DNA of 64,000 nt from NCBI GenBank assembly GCA_965242725.1, contig CBDESZ010000018.1, positions 384,001 to 448,000 on the forward strand. The letters run 5' to 3'. The stretch comes from Alkalispirochaeta sp. (GTDB lineage: Bacteria; Spirochaetota; Spirochaetia; DSM-27196; Alkalispirochaetaceae). The notes under the pieces were generated by a model. The model was not told the DNA's origin. It saw only the letters and a program-made list of their open reading frames with translations, and ran no database searches. The position numbers and the translations under genes are program-made. This document shows positions 40,785 through 51,066 of this stretch, piece by piece. Within the stretch, counting starts at the first letter, position 1; each line of letters opens with the position of its first letter.

Positions 40785-42752
40785 ATGCTGTCAGCAACGG
40801 CCCTGTCCCTGTCATACGGCACACAGAACATACTTGATGATGTAAGTCTCACCATCGACAGCGCAACGCGAGCGGGACTCGTCGGCGCAAACGGGAGCGG
40901 GAAAACATCGCTTCTGCGCATTCTCGCCGGCAAGGAACGAGGGGAAGGCGGAAAGGTGATCGCCGCCAGGGACGCCATCATCGAATACCTTCCCCAGCGA
41001 AATGCGGTACCCCTGGAACGTACGGTCTACTCCTTTGCGGACGAGGGATATGAGCGGGATCATGACCTTCTTGAACAACGAAACCGCGCTGCCGACCGCC
41101 TCGCCGCCAATCCCCATGACGAAAACGGTCTCGCAGTCATCGCTGAAATCGACCACCATCTGGAACACAGCGGTTACTACCGGCGACAGGAGAAAATCGG
41201 ACGCGTTCTTGACGGGCTCGGTTTTACGAGTCGTGATTACGATCGCCCCCTCGCCCAGTTCAGCGGCGGGTGGCGAATGCGAGCAGCGCTGGCAAAGAGC
41301 CTCCTGACACGTCCCCACATCCTCCTTCTCGATGAGCCGACAAACTATCTCGACAGCGAAGCCCGTTTGTGGCTCGGCAACTTTCTGAGATCATTTGACG
41401 GCGGTTTCGTCGTAGTTTCCCACGATCGCGCCTTTCTCGACGATACGGTTGATACAATTCTGGAACTCTTCTCCGGAAAAGTCCGGCGATATCGGGGAAG
41501 TTACACGGAGTACGAAAATCGTCGAAGCGAGGAGTTGCGCCAACTCGTGGATGCCTGGGAAGCACAACAGCGGGAAATCGCCCGACAGGAAGAGTTCATT
41601 CGCCGGTTCCGGGCAAACGCCAATAAGGCACGGCAGGTCCAAAGCCGGGTCAAGGCGCTTGAAAAAGTAGAGCTCATTGAAATACCGGAACACCTTCGTC
41701 CCATTCATATCGTACTCCCTCCCCCGGTACACAGCGGAAAGACGGTTCTCTCACTATCGGAAGTCAACAAATCCTATGGATCTCTTCACGTTCTTGAAGA
41801 TCTTTCCCTGACGCTTACGAGGGGACAGCGGCTCGCCGTCGTCGGATTGAACGGAGCCGGAAAATCGACGCTGTTGCGCCTTCTTTCGGGAAGTGAATCA
41901 CCCGACGACGGTGAAATCCGCACCGGAACAGGTGTCGAAATCGCCTACTTTGCCCAGGACAGTGCCGACCATCTCCCCGCGGACGAGACGATACTCCAGT
42001 ATGTCACAGCTCGGGCCCACGACCAGGCGGTTCCCCGGGTTCGCGATATTCTCGGGTCGTTCTTGTTTTCCGGAGACAGTGTCGACAAGCCTCTCGGAGT
42101 ACTTTCGGGGGGTGAGCGGAGTCGCGTTGCCATGGCAACCCTTCTCGTACGATCCGCCAACCTGCTTATCCTTGACGAACCGACAAACCACCTTGACATG
42201 ACTAGTCAGGAAGTTCTGGCTAAAGCACTTTCCCGTTATGAGGGTACCGTCGTCTTTGTCTCCCACGACCGCCATTTCCTCCGGAGTATCGCCACTGACG
42301 TTCTCGCACTCTGGCCGTCGGATCGGTCGGATCCTGCGATCCCGCGAAATCGCTGGCAACTCTATCCCGGTTCGTACCGTGAGTTTGAGGGGGCATCACT
42401 TGGTCGGGTCTTTCTTCTCCACTCCGCTATGGCCGAAAATTCGGGTCCCGCAGAGTCTGCGGGAAACGATGCCTCGGCAAAAGACTTCGCGGAGCAGAAG
42501 AGACTCAGGTCGGAACTCCGTAAAATTGAAAAACGAGAAGAGGAACTTCTCAATGAAATAGACCGAATGGAATCACAGCACCGACAGCTCCAGGACGAAA
42601 TTTCCCGTCCGGAGATTTATACCGACGGGCGTCGCGTCCGGGATCTGACGGCTCGGTTGGAAGAAAATGAACAGATCCGCGCCGACCTCCACCGGGAGTG
42701 GGAAGATCTGGAAGAACAACGAAACCGAGTTGTACGAGAAGCGGAGTCTTAA
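40785..42752 (+). CDS. ABC-F family ATPase
   Basis: Two ABC domains (GANGSGKT/FSGGW/LLDEPTN; GLNGAGKS/LSGGE/ILDEPTN), no TM segments, C-terminal coiled coil. Confidence 0.95.
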   Translation: MLSATALSLSYGTQNILDDVSLTIDSATRAGLVGANGSGKTSLLRILAGKERGEGGKVIAARDAIIEYLPQRNAVPLERTVYSFADEGYERDHDLLEQRNRAADRLAANPHDENGLAVIAEIDHHLEHSGYYRRQEKIGRVLDGLGFTSRDYDRPLAQFSGGWRMRAALAKSLLTRPHILLLDEPTNYLDSEARLWLGNFLRSFDGGFVVVSHDRAFLDDTVDTILELFSGKVRRYRGSYTEYENRRSEELRQLVDAWEAQQREIARQEEFIRRFRANANKARQVQSRVKALEKVELIEIPEHLRPIHIVLPPPVHSGKTVLSLSEVNKSYGSLHVLEDLSLTLTRGQRLAVVGLNGAGKSTLLRLLSGSESPDDGEIRTGTGVEIAYFAQDSADHLPADETILQYVTARAHDQAVPRVRDILGSFLFSGDSVDKPLGVLSGGERSRVAMATLLVRSANLLILDEPTNHLDMTSQEVLAKALSRYEGTVVFVSHDRHFLRSIATDVLALWPSDRSDPAIPRNRWQLYPGSYREFEGASLGRVFLLHSAMAENSGPAESAGNDASAKDFAEQKRLRSELRKIEKREEELLNEIDRMESQHRQLQDEISRPEIYTDGRRVRDLTARLEENEQIRADLHREWEDLEEQRNRVVREAES

Positions 42753-42781
42753 TATACTCCCAATACACGGGAGGTCACACG

Positions 42782-43720
42782 ATGAATACATTAAAAGGAC
42801 GCTCACTGCTCACGCTCACCGATTATTCCGCGGAGGAGATACGCTACCTTCTCGATCTCTCTCATAAGGTAAAGGGAGAGAAGGCTGCGGGACTTCGTCC
42901 GTCCCGCTTTGTGGGATACTCACTGGCAATGATCTTTGAAAAGCGATCTACGAGGACCCGCGCAGCCTTTGAGACTGCCTTTGGTGAGGAGGGAGGACAT
43001 CCGGTATTCCTCTCAAGCCAGGATATCCAACTCGGCGCGAAGGAGACGATAGAAGATACCGCCCGTGTTCTCGGTAGAATGTTTGACATTATCGAGTTTC
43101 GGGGATTTCAACAGCGGGCCGTTGAAGTCCTGGCGCAACACTCCGGTGTTCCCGTCATCAACGGTCTGACCGATATGTTTCATCCCACTCAAGCACTCGC
43201 AGATCTCATGACCATTGAAGAGCATATGGACCATCTGGCGGGCGTACGGAGTGTCTATATCGGTGACGGCCATAACAACGTCTCAACCAGTCTGATGCTT
43301 GCCGCGGTAAAAATGGGAATGCATCACACCATTATCTGTCCCCCCGAGCGCGCCCCTGATCCCAAATACGTAACCCGGGCAAAGGAGTATGCGGAACAGT
43401 CGGGAGGTTCCATCGTCGTCAGTCATAAACCAACCGATATCGGACGCATGACCCATGTTGTTTATACCGATGTATGGGTTTCCATGGGAGAGGAAGACCT
43501 TGCCTCTGAACGGGTGGAAATGCTCAAACCCTATCAGGTGACGGGAGAAATTATGGCGCGGGCTCCCCAGGCAATCTTTCTCCATTGCCTCCCTGCGGTG
43601 CGGGAAAACGAAATGACCACGGAAGTCATTGACGGTCCCCAGTCACGTGTTTTCGATCAGTCTGAAAACAGGAAGCACACCATCAAGGCGGTTATGCTTG
43701 CAACCCTCGGGCTCGCATAG
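42782..43720 (+). CDS. argF: Ornithine carbamoyltransferase
   Basis: STRTR, HPTQ, DVWVSMG, HCLP; GGGAGG RBS. Confidence 0.93.
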   Translation: MNTLKGRSLLTLTDYSAEEIRYLLDLSHKVKGEKAAGLRPSRFVGYSLAMIFEKRSTRTRAAFETAFGEEGGHPVFLSSQDIQLGAKETIEDTARVLGRMFDIIEFRGFQQRAVEVLAQHSGVPVINGLTDMFHPTQALADLMTIEEHMDHLAGVRSVYIGDGHNNVSTSLMLAAVKMGMHHTIICPPERAPDPKYVTRAKEYAEQSGGSIVVSHKPTDIGRMTHVVYTDVWVSMGEEDLASERVEMLKPYQVTGEIMARAPQAIFLHCLPAVRENEMTTEVIDGPQSRVFDQSENRKHTIKAVMLATLGLA

Positions 43721-43733
43721 TACTATTTTTGAT

Positions 43734-44147
43734 ATGAAAATCCGAAGCGTGTTGGCGATTCTAATTGTTCTTCTGGCGGCCGCGCCGACGGCGTTTGGGC
43801 AGGAACAGGGAGAAGAACAGGACACTATTCTCGCGGTCACGGTCTACGTACAGCGTATTTATCCCCACAGTCTGGGGTACAAGGTGATTTACAATCAAAG
43901 TGATCTCTATCCCGGTGAACTGTACTTGCCGGGACGCTGGTTCACAGATGCAGCGGGGAAAGCGGCCATCATTTACCGGAACCACGCGAGCGTCCCGTAT
44001 ATGACCGTCTATTATGTGAACGGCGAATTCAGCCATCTTCAGTTATTTGCCCACTCCAATCCGGCTCATAGATCGTGGGGTGCATTACCAAGCGATCAGG
44101 ACCTCCGGGAGGAGTTCTCGGTAGAGACTCTGGACATCAGCTACTGA
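43734..44147 (+). CDS. Exported hypothetical protein
   Basis: Signal peptide MKIRSVLAILIVLLAAAPTAFG; promoter-like TTGCAA-17-TACTAT just upstream. Confidence 0.7.
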   Translation: MKIRSVLAILIVLLAAAPTAFGQEQGEEQDTILAVTVYVQRIYPHSLGYKVIYNQSDLYPGELYLPGRWFTDAAGKAAIIYRNHASVPYMTVYYVNGEFSHLQLFAHSNPAHRSWGALPSDQDLREEFSVETLDISY

Positions 44148-44155
44148 ATTTTACT

Positions 44156-45130
44156 GTGGATATTACACCAGTCGTACCCGTTCCCGCTGAAGTCGTATCT
44201 TTTATACGACAGCACAGCGGGTTCGTCATTCTGGGTCACCGCGAGCCTGACGGCGACTGCGTCGGCAGCCAGTTGACCCTGGCAAATGTACTTCGCCGCA
44301 TGGGAAAAGGCGTTTCTGTTTACAACCCCGGCCCCTTTGAACGACAGGAGATCGCCCTCTACTACGACCAGTTTGACCGTTCCATCAATCTCGACCATCT
44401 GGGAGACAATCCTGCCGCAATCGTCGTCGATTCATCCGGAAGTGACCGGTTGGGATCTGGTGCCAATGAGATCTCCGCTTTGCAGGTACTCGTCATAGAT
44501 CATCATACAAGCGGTGCGTCCTTTGGTGACGTCCGATTCGTTCGGCCGGCAATCCCCGCCACGACGATTCTCGTCACCTCGTTGATCCTTGCGATGGAGC
44601 AAACGATAACGAAAGATGATGCATTTCTACTCTTCCTCGGCCTCGCGACGGATACCGGTTTTTTTCGATTTCTCAACAGCGGAGAACAGACGGCATTTAC
44701 CACCGCCCTCGTACTATCCCGGGCCGGCGCCTCTCCCCGGGATGTCGACGTGCATCTGCGCAGTGGTCGCTCCTTCGAAAGCAGACGTCTCATAGGACGC
44801 ATGCTCGATCGTGTTGAACGGCTGCAGGACGGTCGCATTCTGCTGACATATCAGACCCAGGCAGATGAACGTGAAATGGGGAGCCGACGCGATTCCGACG
44901 CTCTGTACAGCCTGCTCCTTGCCATTGAGGACGTGGAAGTCATCGCAGTTGCCAAGGAGAAACCTGACGGCTGTACCGTAAGCTTTCGTGCTTCCGGAGG
45001 CATCGACGTCGGAGATCTGGCCACCGAATTCGGCGGTGGGGGCCATCAGAAAGCGTCAGGAGCCTTTTACGAAGGGCCGCTCATAGAGTTTCTCGGGATA
45101 CTTCGCTCCCGACTCAACGCACTCTTTTAG
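44156..45130 (+). CDS. DHH/DHHA1 phosphoesterase (NrnA/DhhP-like); start uncertain
   Basis: HREPDGDCVGS, VVD, IDHH, TDTGFF, SFR, GGGGHQKASG. Confidence 0.9.
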   Translation: MDITPVVPVPAEVVSFIRQHSGFVILGHREPDGDCVGSQLTLANVLRRMGKGVSVYNPGPFERQEIALYYDQFDRSINLDHLGDNPAAIVVDSSGSDRLGSGANEISALQVLVIDHHTSGASFGDVRFVRPAIPATTILVTSLILAMEQTITKDDAFLLFLGLATDTGFFRFLNSGEQTAFTTALVLSRAGASPRDVDVHLRSGRSFESRRLIGRMLDRVERLQDGRILLTYQTQADEREMGSRRDSDALYSLLLAIEDVEVIAVAKEKPDGCTVSFRASGGIDVGDLATEFGGGGHQKASGAFYEGPLIEFLGILRSRLNALF

Positions 45131-45377
45131 TCCTTCTGCCCCGCCTTCCAATGGGAGAGACAATTCCCCAGCCGCTACGGACCATGTAAAGCCGCACTAT
45201 GACGGCGCACCCTGCAATAACGACTTCCGGTAATAGCGATTCCCTGGAAAGCGCCCGCCGTAGCCGCGGCGAGATACAATTATTCGCCGCGAATTGTAAC
45301 AGAATGTATCAATAACACATCCATTCATGGACAAAAAAATAGGCATGAATTTTGCTTTCCATGGGTGGAGGATATCG

Positions 45378-46232
45378 ATGAGTAGCATTAACCAGGTATA
45401 TCTCGCCTTCCGACGCGGCGAGACCGACTGGGACTCTCTGATTACCCAGTGTTGCATATATATCGGAGAGATCTCTGTGCGCATGTTTCGTGTCGCTATG
45501 GAAGAGAGGGACGATACGATCGCGGAGTTCTTCCCGAAATTGTGTGCTTTGACGGCCAATTATCAGGAATGCGGTTCAAGTTTTGAAGCATACCTCACGG
45601 TGAGTCTGCGCTTTTTTTGCAGGAGCCGGCACCGTCGTCGTCGTGAGTGTGCCCTGCGGGAAGTTCTCACCGACGATGTCGACTCGCCGCTCTTCCTGGT
45701 TGAGGACCGGGAATCGGTCACCATCGTTCATTCCGATTTCTCATGTCCCGGCGGTCAGCGTCCCCTTCTGACAATCACACGGCGAACCGACACTCTGCGA
45801 AAGCAGCTGCTTATCTCCTTTTGCAAGAATCTCCCGATTCTCGACGATGAGCAGGTCGCATCATACACCCGCCTGCTTCAGTTGCCTCCCGGATTGGTTA
45901 CGAGCCTTGAAACGTATGTATCAGACCGAAGGGAGCACTTCCTCCAGCGAAGGAACCGGTACACCGAACAGCGGGACCGGCATTACGCTGAAATGCATCG
46001 CTGTCAGCACCTCGCTGCCGCTACGTTGTCGGTCGATGAAAAGCGGAGCCTCACCGAACGAAGTGAATACCACCGCCGCCGCTGGCTTCACTACCATGAG
46101 CGTTTGAAGCGGCAGAATATTCACCTCAGCAACCGGGAAGTCGGTCTGCTTCTGGGCATACCCAAAGGTTCCGTCGATTCGGCTATGGCGAATTTGAACC
46201 GAAGGCTTGAGGCGATCAGCCGGTCCCGATAA
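45378..46232 (+). CDS. Divergent sigma70-like / HTH protein
   Basis: Region-2-like D...EF...Y...FEAYL...R; C-terminal region-4-like LSNREVGLLLGIPKGSVDSAM; GGAGG RBS. Confidence 0.55.
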   Translation: MSSINQVYLAFRRGETDWDSLITQCCIYIGEISVRMFRVAMEERDDTIAEFFPKLCALTANYQECGSSFEAYLTVSLRFFCRSRHRRRRECALREVLTDDVDSPLFLVEDRESVTIVHSDFSCPGGQRPLLTITRRTDTLRKQLLISFCKNLPILDDEQVASYTRLLQLPPGLVTSLETYVSDRREHFLQRRNRYTEQRDRHYAEMHRCQHLAAATLSVDEKRSLTERSEYHRRRWLHYHERLKRQNIHLSNREVGLLLGIPKGSVDSAMANLNRRLEAISRSR

Positions 46233-46241
46233 CCTACCGCC

Positions 46242-46933
46242 ATGAATACTCTACTCCTTGCCTCCAACAATGAGCACAAGTTCCGTGAGATGACATCCAT
46301 TCTGAAGCATCTCGACGCTCCGGTTCATCTCATGCGTCCTTCAGATCTGGGATTTTCCTTTGACGTCGTTGAATCGGGTGATACCTTCGAAAAAAAACGC
46401 CGCAGCAAAGGCGTGGGGATTGTATCGCCTCCTCCTGGGTGAGCAGTTGCCCGGAGTGACGGCCTCGGACACTCCCGGGAAAATCAGGGAAAATGTGCGC
46501 TCCCCGTTTTTCAGCAGCTCTTCCGAAGGTAATCGCCGATGATTCAGGAATATGCGTGCATGCCCTGGACAATGCGCCCGGGGTGTATTCGGCGCGTTTC
46601 GGTTCGGACGGTCCCGATCCTCCCCGCACTGACGAGGAACGAAACACGCTTCTCCTGAAGACCCTGACCGGCGTATCGGACAGGGGCGCCCATTACGTAT
46701 GTAATGCCGTTCTCGTACTCGATTCGGAACAGTACATACAAACGGAGGCAACCTGGCACGGTACCGTATTGTCCGCACCCGCGCAGGGAACGACCGGATT
46801 CGGCTACGATCCTCTCATCTTTCTGGAGGACTACGGCCTATCGGTTGCGCAAATGCCGCAGGAACAGAAAGACCACGTCTCCCATCGCGCAAAGGCGGTA
46901 GCCGCCCTCATGAGAGGTGCAGCTCTTTCTTGA
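46242..46933 (+). pseudogene. rdgB: Non-canonical purine NTP pyrophosphatase RdgB, split by two +1 frameshifts (probable sequence errors)
   Basis: LASNNEHK, ESGDTF, ADDSG, PGVYSARF, GFGYDP, SHRAKA spread over three successive frames. Shifts at A8 (46390-97) and C4/T5 (46502-11). Confidence 0.85.
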
Positions 46934-46965
46934 CACCCCGCCGAAAAGTAACTAGGCTCCCCGCC

Positions 46966-48795
46966 ATGCATGGAGTAATCACCAGAGATCAGCAATCTCC
47001 CGGAGACATCTGGGATCTGTCTTCCCTCTACGACGACGAGCAACAGTGGACCGAAGACTTGAAGCGCCTCGAAGGATTTGAACCGGTTATTACGGAGTAC
47101 CAGGGCACTCTGTCGCAGTCTGCGCAACGGTTGCGGGACTATCTGGATCTTACTGTCCGCATCGGTATTCTCGAAGAGCGGCTCGGATACTACGCGATGC
47201 TTAAACAGGCCGAGGATGCAGGCAGCAGCGATAATCAGAAACGGTACGCCCGGTTCATGCAGGTTGCCTCACAGATATCCGCCGCGATGAGCTTTTTCGC
47301 CCCGGAACTGCACGAAATTCCGGAAGGGCAAATGTCCGCTTTTCTCGAAGATGAAATTCTGGCGGAGTTCCGCATCACCCTCAACAAGATACTGCGGTAC
47401 CGACCGCACACATTGTCCCCCGGGGAAGAGCGTATCCTGGCGATGCAGCAGGAAGCCAACCAGACGGCATCAAAGAGTTTTGGCGCCCTGGTGGATGTGG
47501 ACTTTGACTTTGGCGAAATCGAAACTCCCGAAGGCATCCGACCTCTCACACAATCAACCCTTTCCTCCCTTCTTGAACATCGGAACCGGGACGTCCGACA
47601 ACGGGCGTTCACCCGGTTCTATGCGCTCTATGAGGGACACAAGAACACCCTTGCAGCCCTGTACACGGGAAGTGTGAATCTTGACGTATATCACGCCAGG
47701 GTACGAAAATTCTCATCCGCCCTGGAATCAAAGCTCTTTCCCGACGACGTCCCCGTCGCCGTCTATGACAATCTGGTTGCGGCGGTGCGGAAAAACCTCC
47801 CGATACTGCACCGATATTACCGTCTCCGGAAGATCGTTTCCGGTCTCGATGATTTTGCCGTATACGATACGAGAGTCCCCCTCGTTCCCTCCATCACGGT
47901 GGATAACAGCTATGAGGAAGCGGTTGATACGGTGCTGTCCGCCCTGGCACCGTTGGGTGGGGAGTACGTCGATACCCTGAAAAATGGTCTGCTCGGCGGA
48001 TGGGTAGACCGCTATGAAAACAAGGGAAAACGCTCCGGTGCATTCTCCGCCGGCAGTTATACAGGCTATCCCTACATCCTCATGAACTACAAGGAAGACT
48101 CCATCAGGGACATGTTCACCCTCGCCCACGAGGCGGGACACAGCATGCACTCCTGGTACAGCGTTCGGTCCAATCCGTTTCAGCACTATGATTACACGAT
48201 ATTCGAGGCGGAAGTCGCCAGTACATTCAACGAACAGCTTCTCATGAAGCATCTTCTCGACAAGACCGACGACGACGACATGCGGGCATATCTCCTGAAT
48301 AAGCACCTCGATGATCTGCTCGGGACACTTTTTCGCCAAACGATGTTTGCCGAGTTTGAACGAACCATTCATGAGCATGTCGAATCCGGTAACGCCCTGT
48401 CCATCGACCACCTCAGATCGGTGTACGGTGACCTTCTCACGGCGTACTTCGGACCCGACGTCGTCATTCCGGAAAACCTGAATCTTGAGGGGCTGCGGAT
48501 TCCCCATTTTTATCGATCATTCTACGTGTACAAGTACGCCACCGGCATCAGCGCCGCCATTTCCCTGGCGCAACGCGTACTCAACGGCGGGGCAACTGAG
48601 AGGGACGATTATTTCGCATTTCTCCGTTCCGGGGGCTCCCGGTATCCCATCGATTCCCTCTCCCGGGCAGGCGTCGACATGGCGTCTCCGGAGCCTATAG
48701 AAGATGCAATGGCGCTCTTTGCACGGCGCGTTGAGGAGCTTTCGGGAGCGTTGCAGGTCGATCTCCAGGCCAAAGAGTTCCCGTCAAATAGTTGA
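46966..48795 (+). CDS. pepF: Oligoendopeptidase F (M3B)
   Basis: WDLSSLY, GKRSGAFS, HEAGHSMH, EAEVAS, PHFY..FYVYKYA. Confidence 0.95.
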   Translation: MHGVITRDQQSPGDIWDLSSLYDDEQQWTEDLKRLEGFEPVITEYQGTLSQSAQRLRDYLDLTVRIGILEERLGYYAMLKQAEDAGSSDNQKRYARFMQVASQISAAMSFFAPELHEIPEGQMSAFLEDEILAEFRITLNKILRYRPHTLSPGEERILAMQQEANQTASKSFGALVDVDFDFGEIETPEGIRPLTQSTLSSLLEHRNRDVRQRAFTRFYALYEGHKNTLAALYTGSVNLDVYHARVRKFSSALESKLFPDDVPVAVYDNLVAAVRKNLPILHRYYRLRKIVSGLDDFAVYDTRVPLVPSITVDNSYEEAVDTVLSALAPLGGEYVDTLKNGLLGGWVDRYENKGKRSGAFSAGSYTGYPYILMNYKEDSIRDMFTLAHEAGHSMHSWYSVRSNPFQHYDYTIFEAEVASTFNEQLLMKHLLDKTDDDDMRAYLLNKHLDDLLGTLFRQTMFAEFERTIHEHVESGNALSIDHLRSVYGDLLTAYFGPDVVIPENLNLEGLRIPHFYRSFYVYKYATGISAAISLAQRVLNGGATERDDYFAFLRSGGSRYPIDSLSRAGVDMASPEPIEDAMALFARRVEELSGALQVDLQAKEFPSNS

Positions 48796-48821
48796 CCAAA
48801 TTTCATTGGTCGTGTTATATT
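48792..48821 (+). promoter_or_regulatory. Sigma70-type promoter of tRNA-Leu
   Basis: TTGACC(48792-97)-18 bp-TATATT(48816-21) with TG extension. Confidence 0.6.
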
Positions 48822-48837
48822 CCGGGCTCACAGCAAA

Positions 48838-48921
48838 GCGGCAGTGGCGGAACTGGTAGACGCGCCAGCTTGAGGGGCTGGTGGCCGCAAGGTCGTGGAG
48901 GTTCAAGTCCTCTCTGCCGCA
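48838..48921 (+). tRNA. tRNA-Leu (anticodon GAG)
   Basis: Acceptor GCGGCAG/CTGCCGC+A, D-loop AACTGGTAGAC, anticodon arm CCAGC-TTGAGGG-GCTGG, long variable arm, GTTCAAGTC; CCA not encoded. Confidence 0.96.
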
Positions 48922-48928
48922 TCTGTTG

Positions 48929-48962
48929 ACTCACGGCGAGTTTCTCGTCGTGAGTTTTTTTT
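48929..48962 (+). terminator. Intrinsic terminator after tRNA-Leu
   Basis: ACTCACGGCGAG/CTCGTCGTGAGT stem followed by a T-run. Confidence 0.85.
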
Positions 48963-49035
48963 ACGGGATTACTTTTCACACCACCGACAATCGTCTGCCT
49001 GCGACTTTTTTCCCGTTTCATGGTACCCTCTGCGC

Positions 49036-49608
49036 ATGTCCTCATCCGTTCGAGAAAAGATTCTGAAAAACGCAATATCCGCTTTTGCCGGCAGAGGATA
49101 CGAGGCGGTGGGAATACAGGAACTCTGTGAAAGCGCCGCAATCACCAAACCGACTCTCTATTATCACTTCGGCAATAAGGAGGGCCTCCTCCGGGCGTCC
49201 GTTGAATACGCGGTCTCCACGTTTCTCTCCGGAATTTCCGGCTTCCTTGCCGTATCCGACGATACTTCCCGCAGCGATTTGCTCGACGAAATCGGGGCCC
49301 TTCTCGACGGCGTCTATCGCTTTGCCCACCGGGAACAGACGCTCTTTCAACTCATCGTTCAGGCTCTCTATGCACCGCTTCAAAGTACGCTGAAGGTGGT
49401 GGCCCATGATTCCATTACCGGAATGATACAGGCCTTTACGGATTACTTCCGTCGGCTGTCGGAAAACCATGGAAACCTCGGCGGAAAGGAGGAATACGTC
49501 GCCCTCGTATTTCTGAGTCACTCAGTGATCTATTCCCAGTATGAACGTACAAATGACTCGCATGCACGAAAACTGGCGTCCCAGACCTTTCTGTATGGCG
49601 TCTTTTGA
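49036..49608 (+). CDS. TetR/AcrR family transcriptional regulator
   Basis: ILKNAISAFAGRGYEAVGIQELCESAAITKPTLYYHFGNKEGL HTH. Confidence 0.93.
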   Translation: MSSSVREKILKNAISAFAGRGYEAVGIQELCESAAITKPTLYYHFGNKEGLLRASVEYAVSTFLSGISGFLAVSDDTSRSDLLDEIGALLDGVYRFAHREQTLFQLIVQALYAPLQSTLKVVAHDSITGMIQAFTDYFRRLSENHGNLGGKEEYVALVFLSHSVIYSQYERTNDSHARKLASQTFLYGVF

Positions 49609-49620
49609 CTCCCCAACGGG

Positions 49621-49649
49621 TTGATTGTATACCTACCGTTCGGTATATT
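49621..49649 (+). promoter_or_regulatory. Promoter with an embedded TetR-type palindromic operator
   Basis: TTGATT(49621-26)-17 bp-TATATT(49644-49); imperfect palindrome TATACCTACCGTTCGGTATA at 49628-47. Confidence 0.65.
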
Positions 49650-49675
49650 CGGATATATACTTTGGGAGGTTTCTG

Positions 49676-51046
49676 ATGAATTTCATCTATCATCTGTATC
49701 CACTGGGCGTTCTTGATGTACCCCACCGGAACCACGATCCTGTGAACGACACCACTGCAGCGGTCGCAGGCGACGTGCCGCCAATACGGAAGCTTGTCGA
49801 TTGGATACCTTATGTACGCGATCTCGGATGCGACGGCGTCCTCCTCGGGCCGGTTTTTCAGTCGGAGAGTCATGGTTACGATATCGTTGACCCCTATCGC
49901 GTCGATACGCGGCTCGGCGGTAATGAAGACCTTGCCGCGGTCTGCGGCGCCTTTCGGGAGGCGGGTATTTCCGTCCTTCTTGATGCCGTCTTCAACCACG
50001 TCGGTCGGTCGCACTTCGCATTTCAGGACCTTCTACGCCGGGGGCAATCGTCGGACTACAATGACTGGTTTCACAATATCGATTTTTCACGGGAGGGACG
50101 TAACGGCGACCCGTTCACCTACGAAACGTGGGACGGCCACGACTCGCTGGTGAAACTGAACCTGGAACATCCCGACGTCATTTCCTATCTTCTCGACGCC
50201 GTGAAAATGTGGCGGGAACGCTTTCAATTCGGGGGACTCCGTCTCGACGCGGCGGACGTGATCACCCCCACATTCTGGCCTAAATTGCGGGAAGTCGTCG
50301 GTGATGAGACACTCCTCATCGGAGAGATGGTCCACGGTGACTATTCGTCCATTACCGGAGCAGGAATGGTCGACGGAGTTACCAACTACGAGTGCTACAA
50401 GGGGCTCTATTCCTCACTGAACGACGGAAACCTCTTTGAAATCGCCTGGTCCCTGAACAGACAGTTTGGGCCGGAGGGTATCTATCGGGGATTGCCGCTG
50501 CAGTCATTTGTGGATAATCACGATGTTGACCGCATCGCCTCCACCGTGAACGACGATCACTATCTCTATCCGATACATCTCCTCCTCTTTACCATGCCCG
50601 GGATTCCCTCGGTCTACTACGGGAGTGAAGCGGGATTGCCAGGTGTGAAGGGCATCGACGACTGGCCGCTCCGCCCACCGTTGGCGCCGAACGCTCTTTC
50701 CGGCCCGGACGCTCCGCATCCGGATCTTCGAACGATGATACGTGACGCCGCGGCATTGCGGCGCTCTTCCGAGGCGCTCCGGCGGGGAGACTATCGTCAG
50801 ATATATGTATCCAACGGACAGATTGTGTTTCTCAGGGAAAGTGCCGATGAACGGATTCTCGTCGCGATCAATGGTGAAGAAGGAAACGCCGATATTCCCG
50901 TCGCCATGTTTGAATTGCCGGACGAAGCATCCGATCGGACCGGTCTGACCGGGGTGGACCTCCTGAACGGCCACCGGGACCTCGACTCGCTGCACTCCCT
51001 CGAAATACCCGGTTACTGGGGACGAGTCATCCGACTCCACCGGTAA
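49676..51046 (+). CDS. GH13 alpha-amylase/cyclomaltodextrinase-like glycoside hydrolase
   Basis: HGYD, DAVFNH, GLRLDAA, GEMVHG, FVDNHD, YYGSE. Confidence 0.92.
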   Translation: MNFIYHLYPLGVLDVPHRNHDPVNDTTAAVAGDVPPIRKLVDWIPYVRDLGCDGVLLGPVFQSESHGYDIVDPYRVDTRLGGNEDLAAVCGAFREAGISVLLDAVFNHVGRSHFAFQDLLRRGQSSDYNDWFHNIDFSREGRNGDPFTYETWDGHDSLVKLNLEHPDVISYLLDAVKMWRERFQFGGLRLDAADVITPTFWPKLREVVGDETLLIGEMVHGDYSSITGAGMVDGVTNYECYKGLYSSLNDGNLFEIAWSLNRQFGPEGIYRGLPLQSFVDNHDVDRIASTVNDDHYLYPIHLLLFTMPGIPSVYYGSEAGLPGVKGIDDWPLRPPLAPNALSGPDAPHPDLRTMIRDAAALRRSSEALRRGDYRQIYVSNGQIVFLRESADERILVAINGEEGNADIPVAMFELPDEASDRTGLTGVDLLNGHRDLDSLHSLEIPGYWGRVIRLHR

Positions 51047-51066
51047 CGGCGACCTCCCGGCGCAGC

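Noticed and set aside
45131..45377. Known c-di-GMP or c-di-AMP riboswitch
   Set aside because: The region is structured, but I could not align the GEMM or ydaO consensus. It is kept only as an unassigned structured leader.
48838..51046. Genomic island integrated at tRNA-Leu
   Set aside because: No integrase and no duplicated tRNA 3' end were seen downstream.
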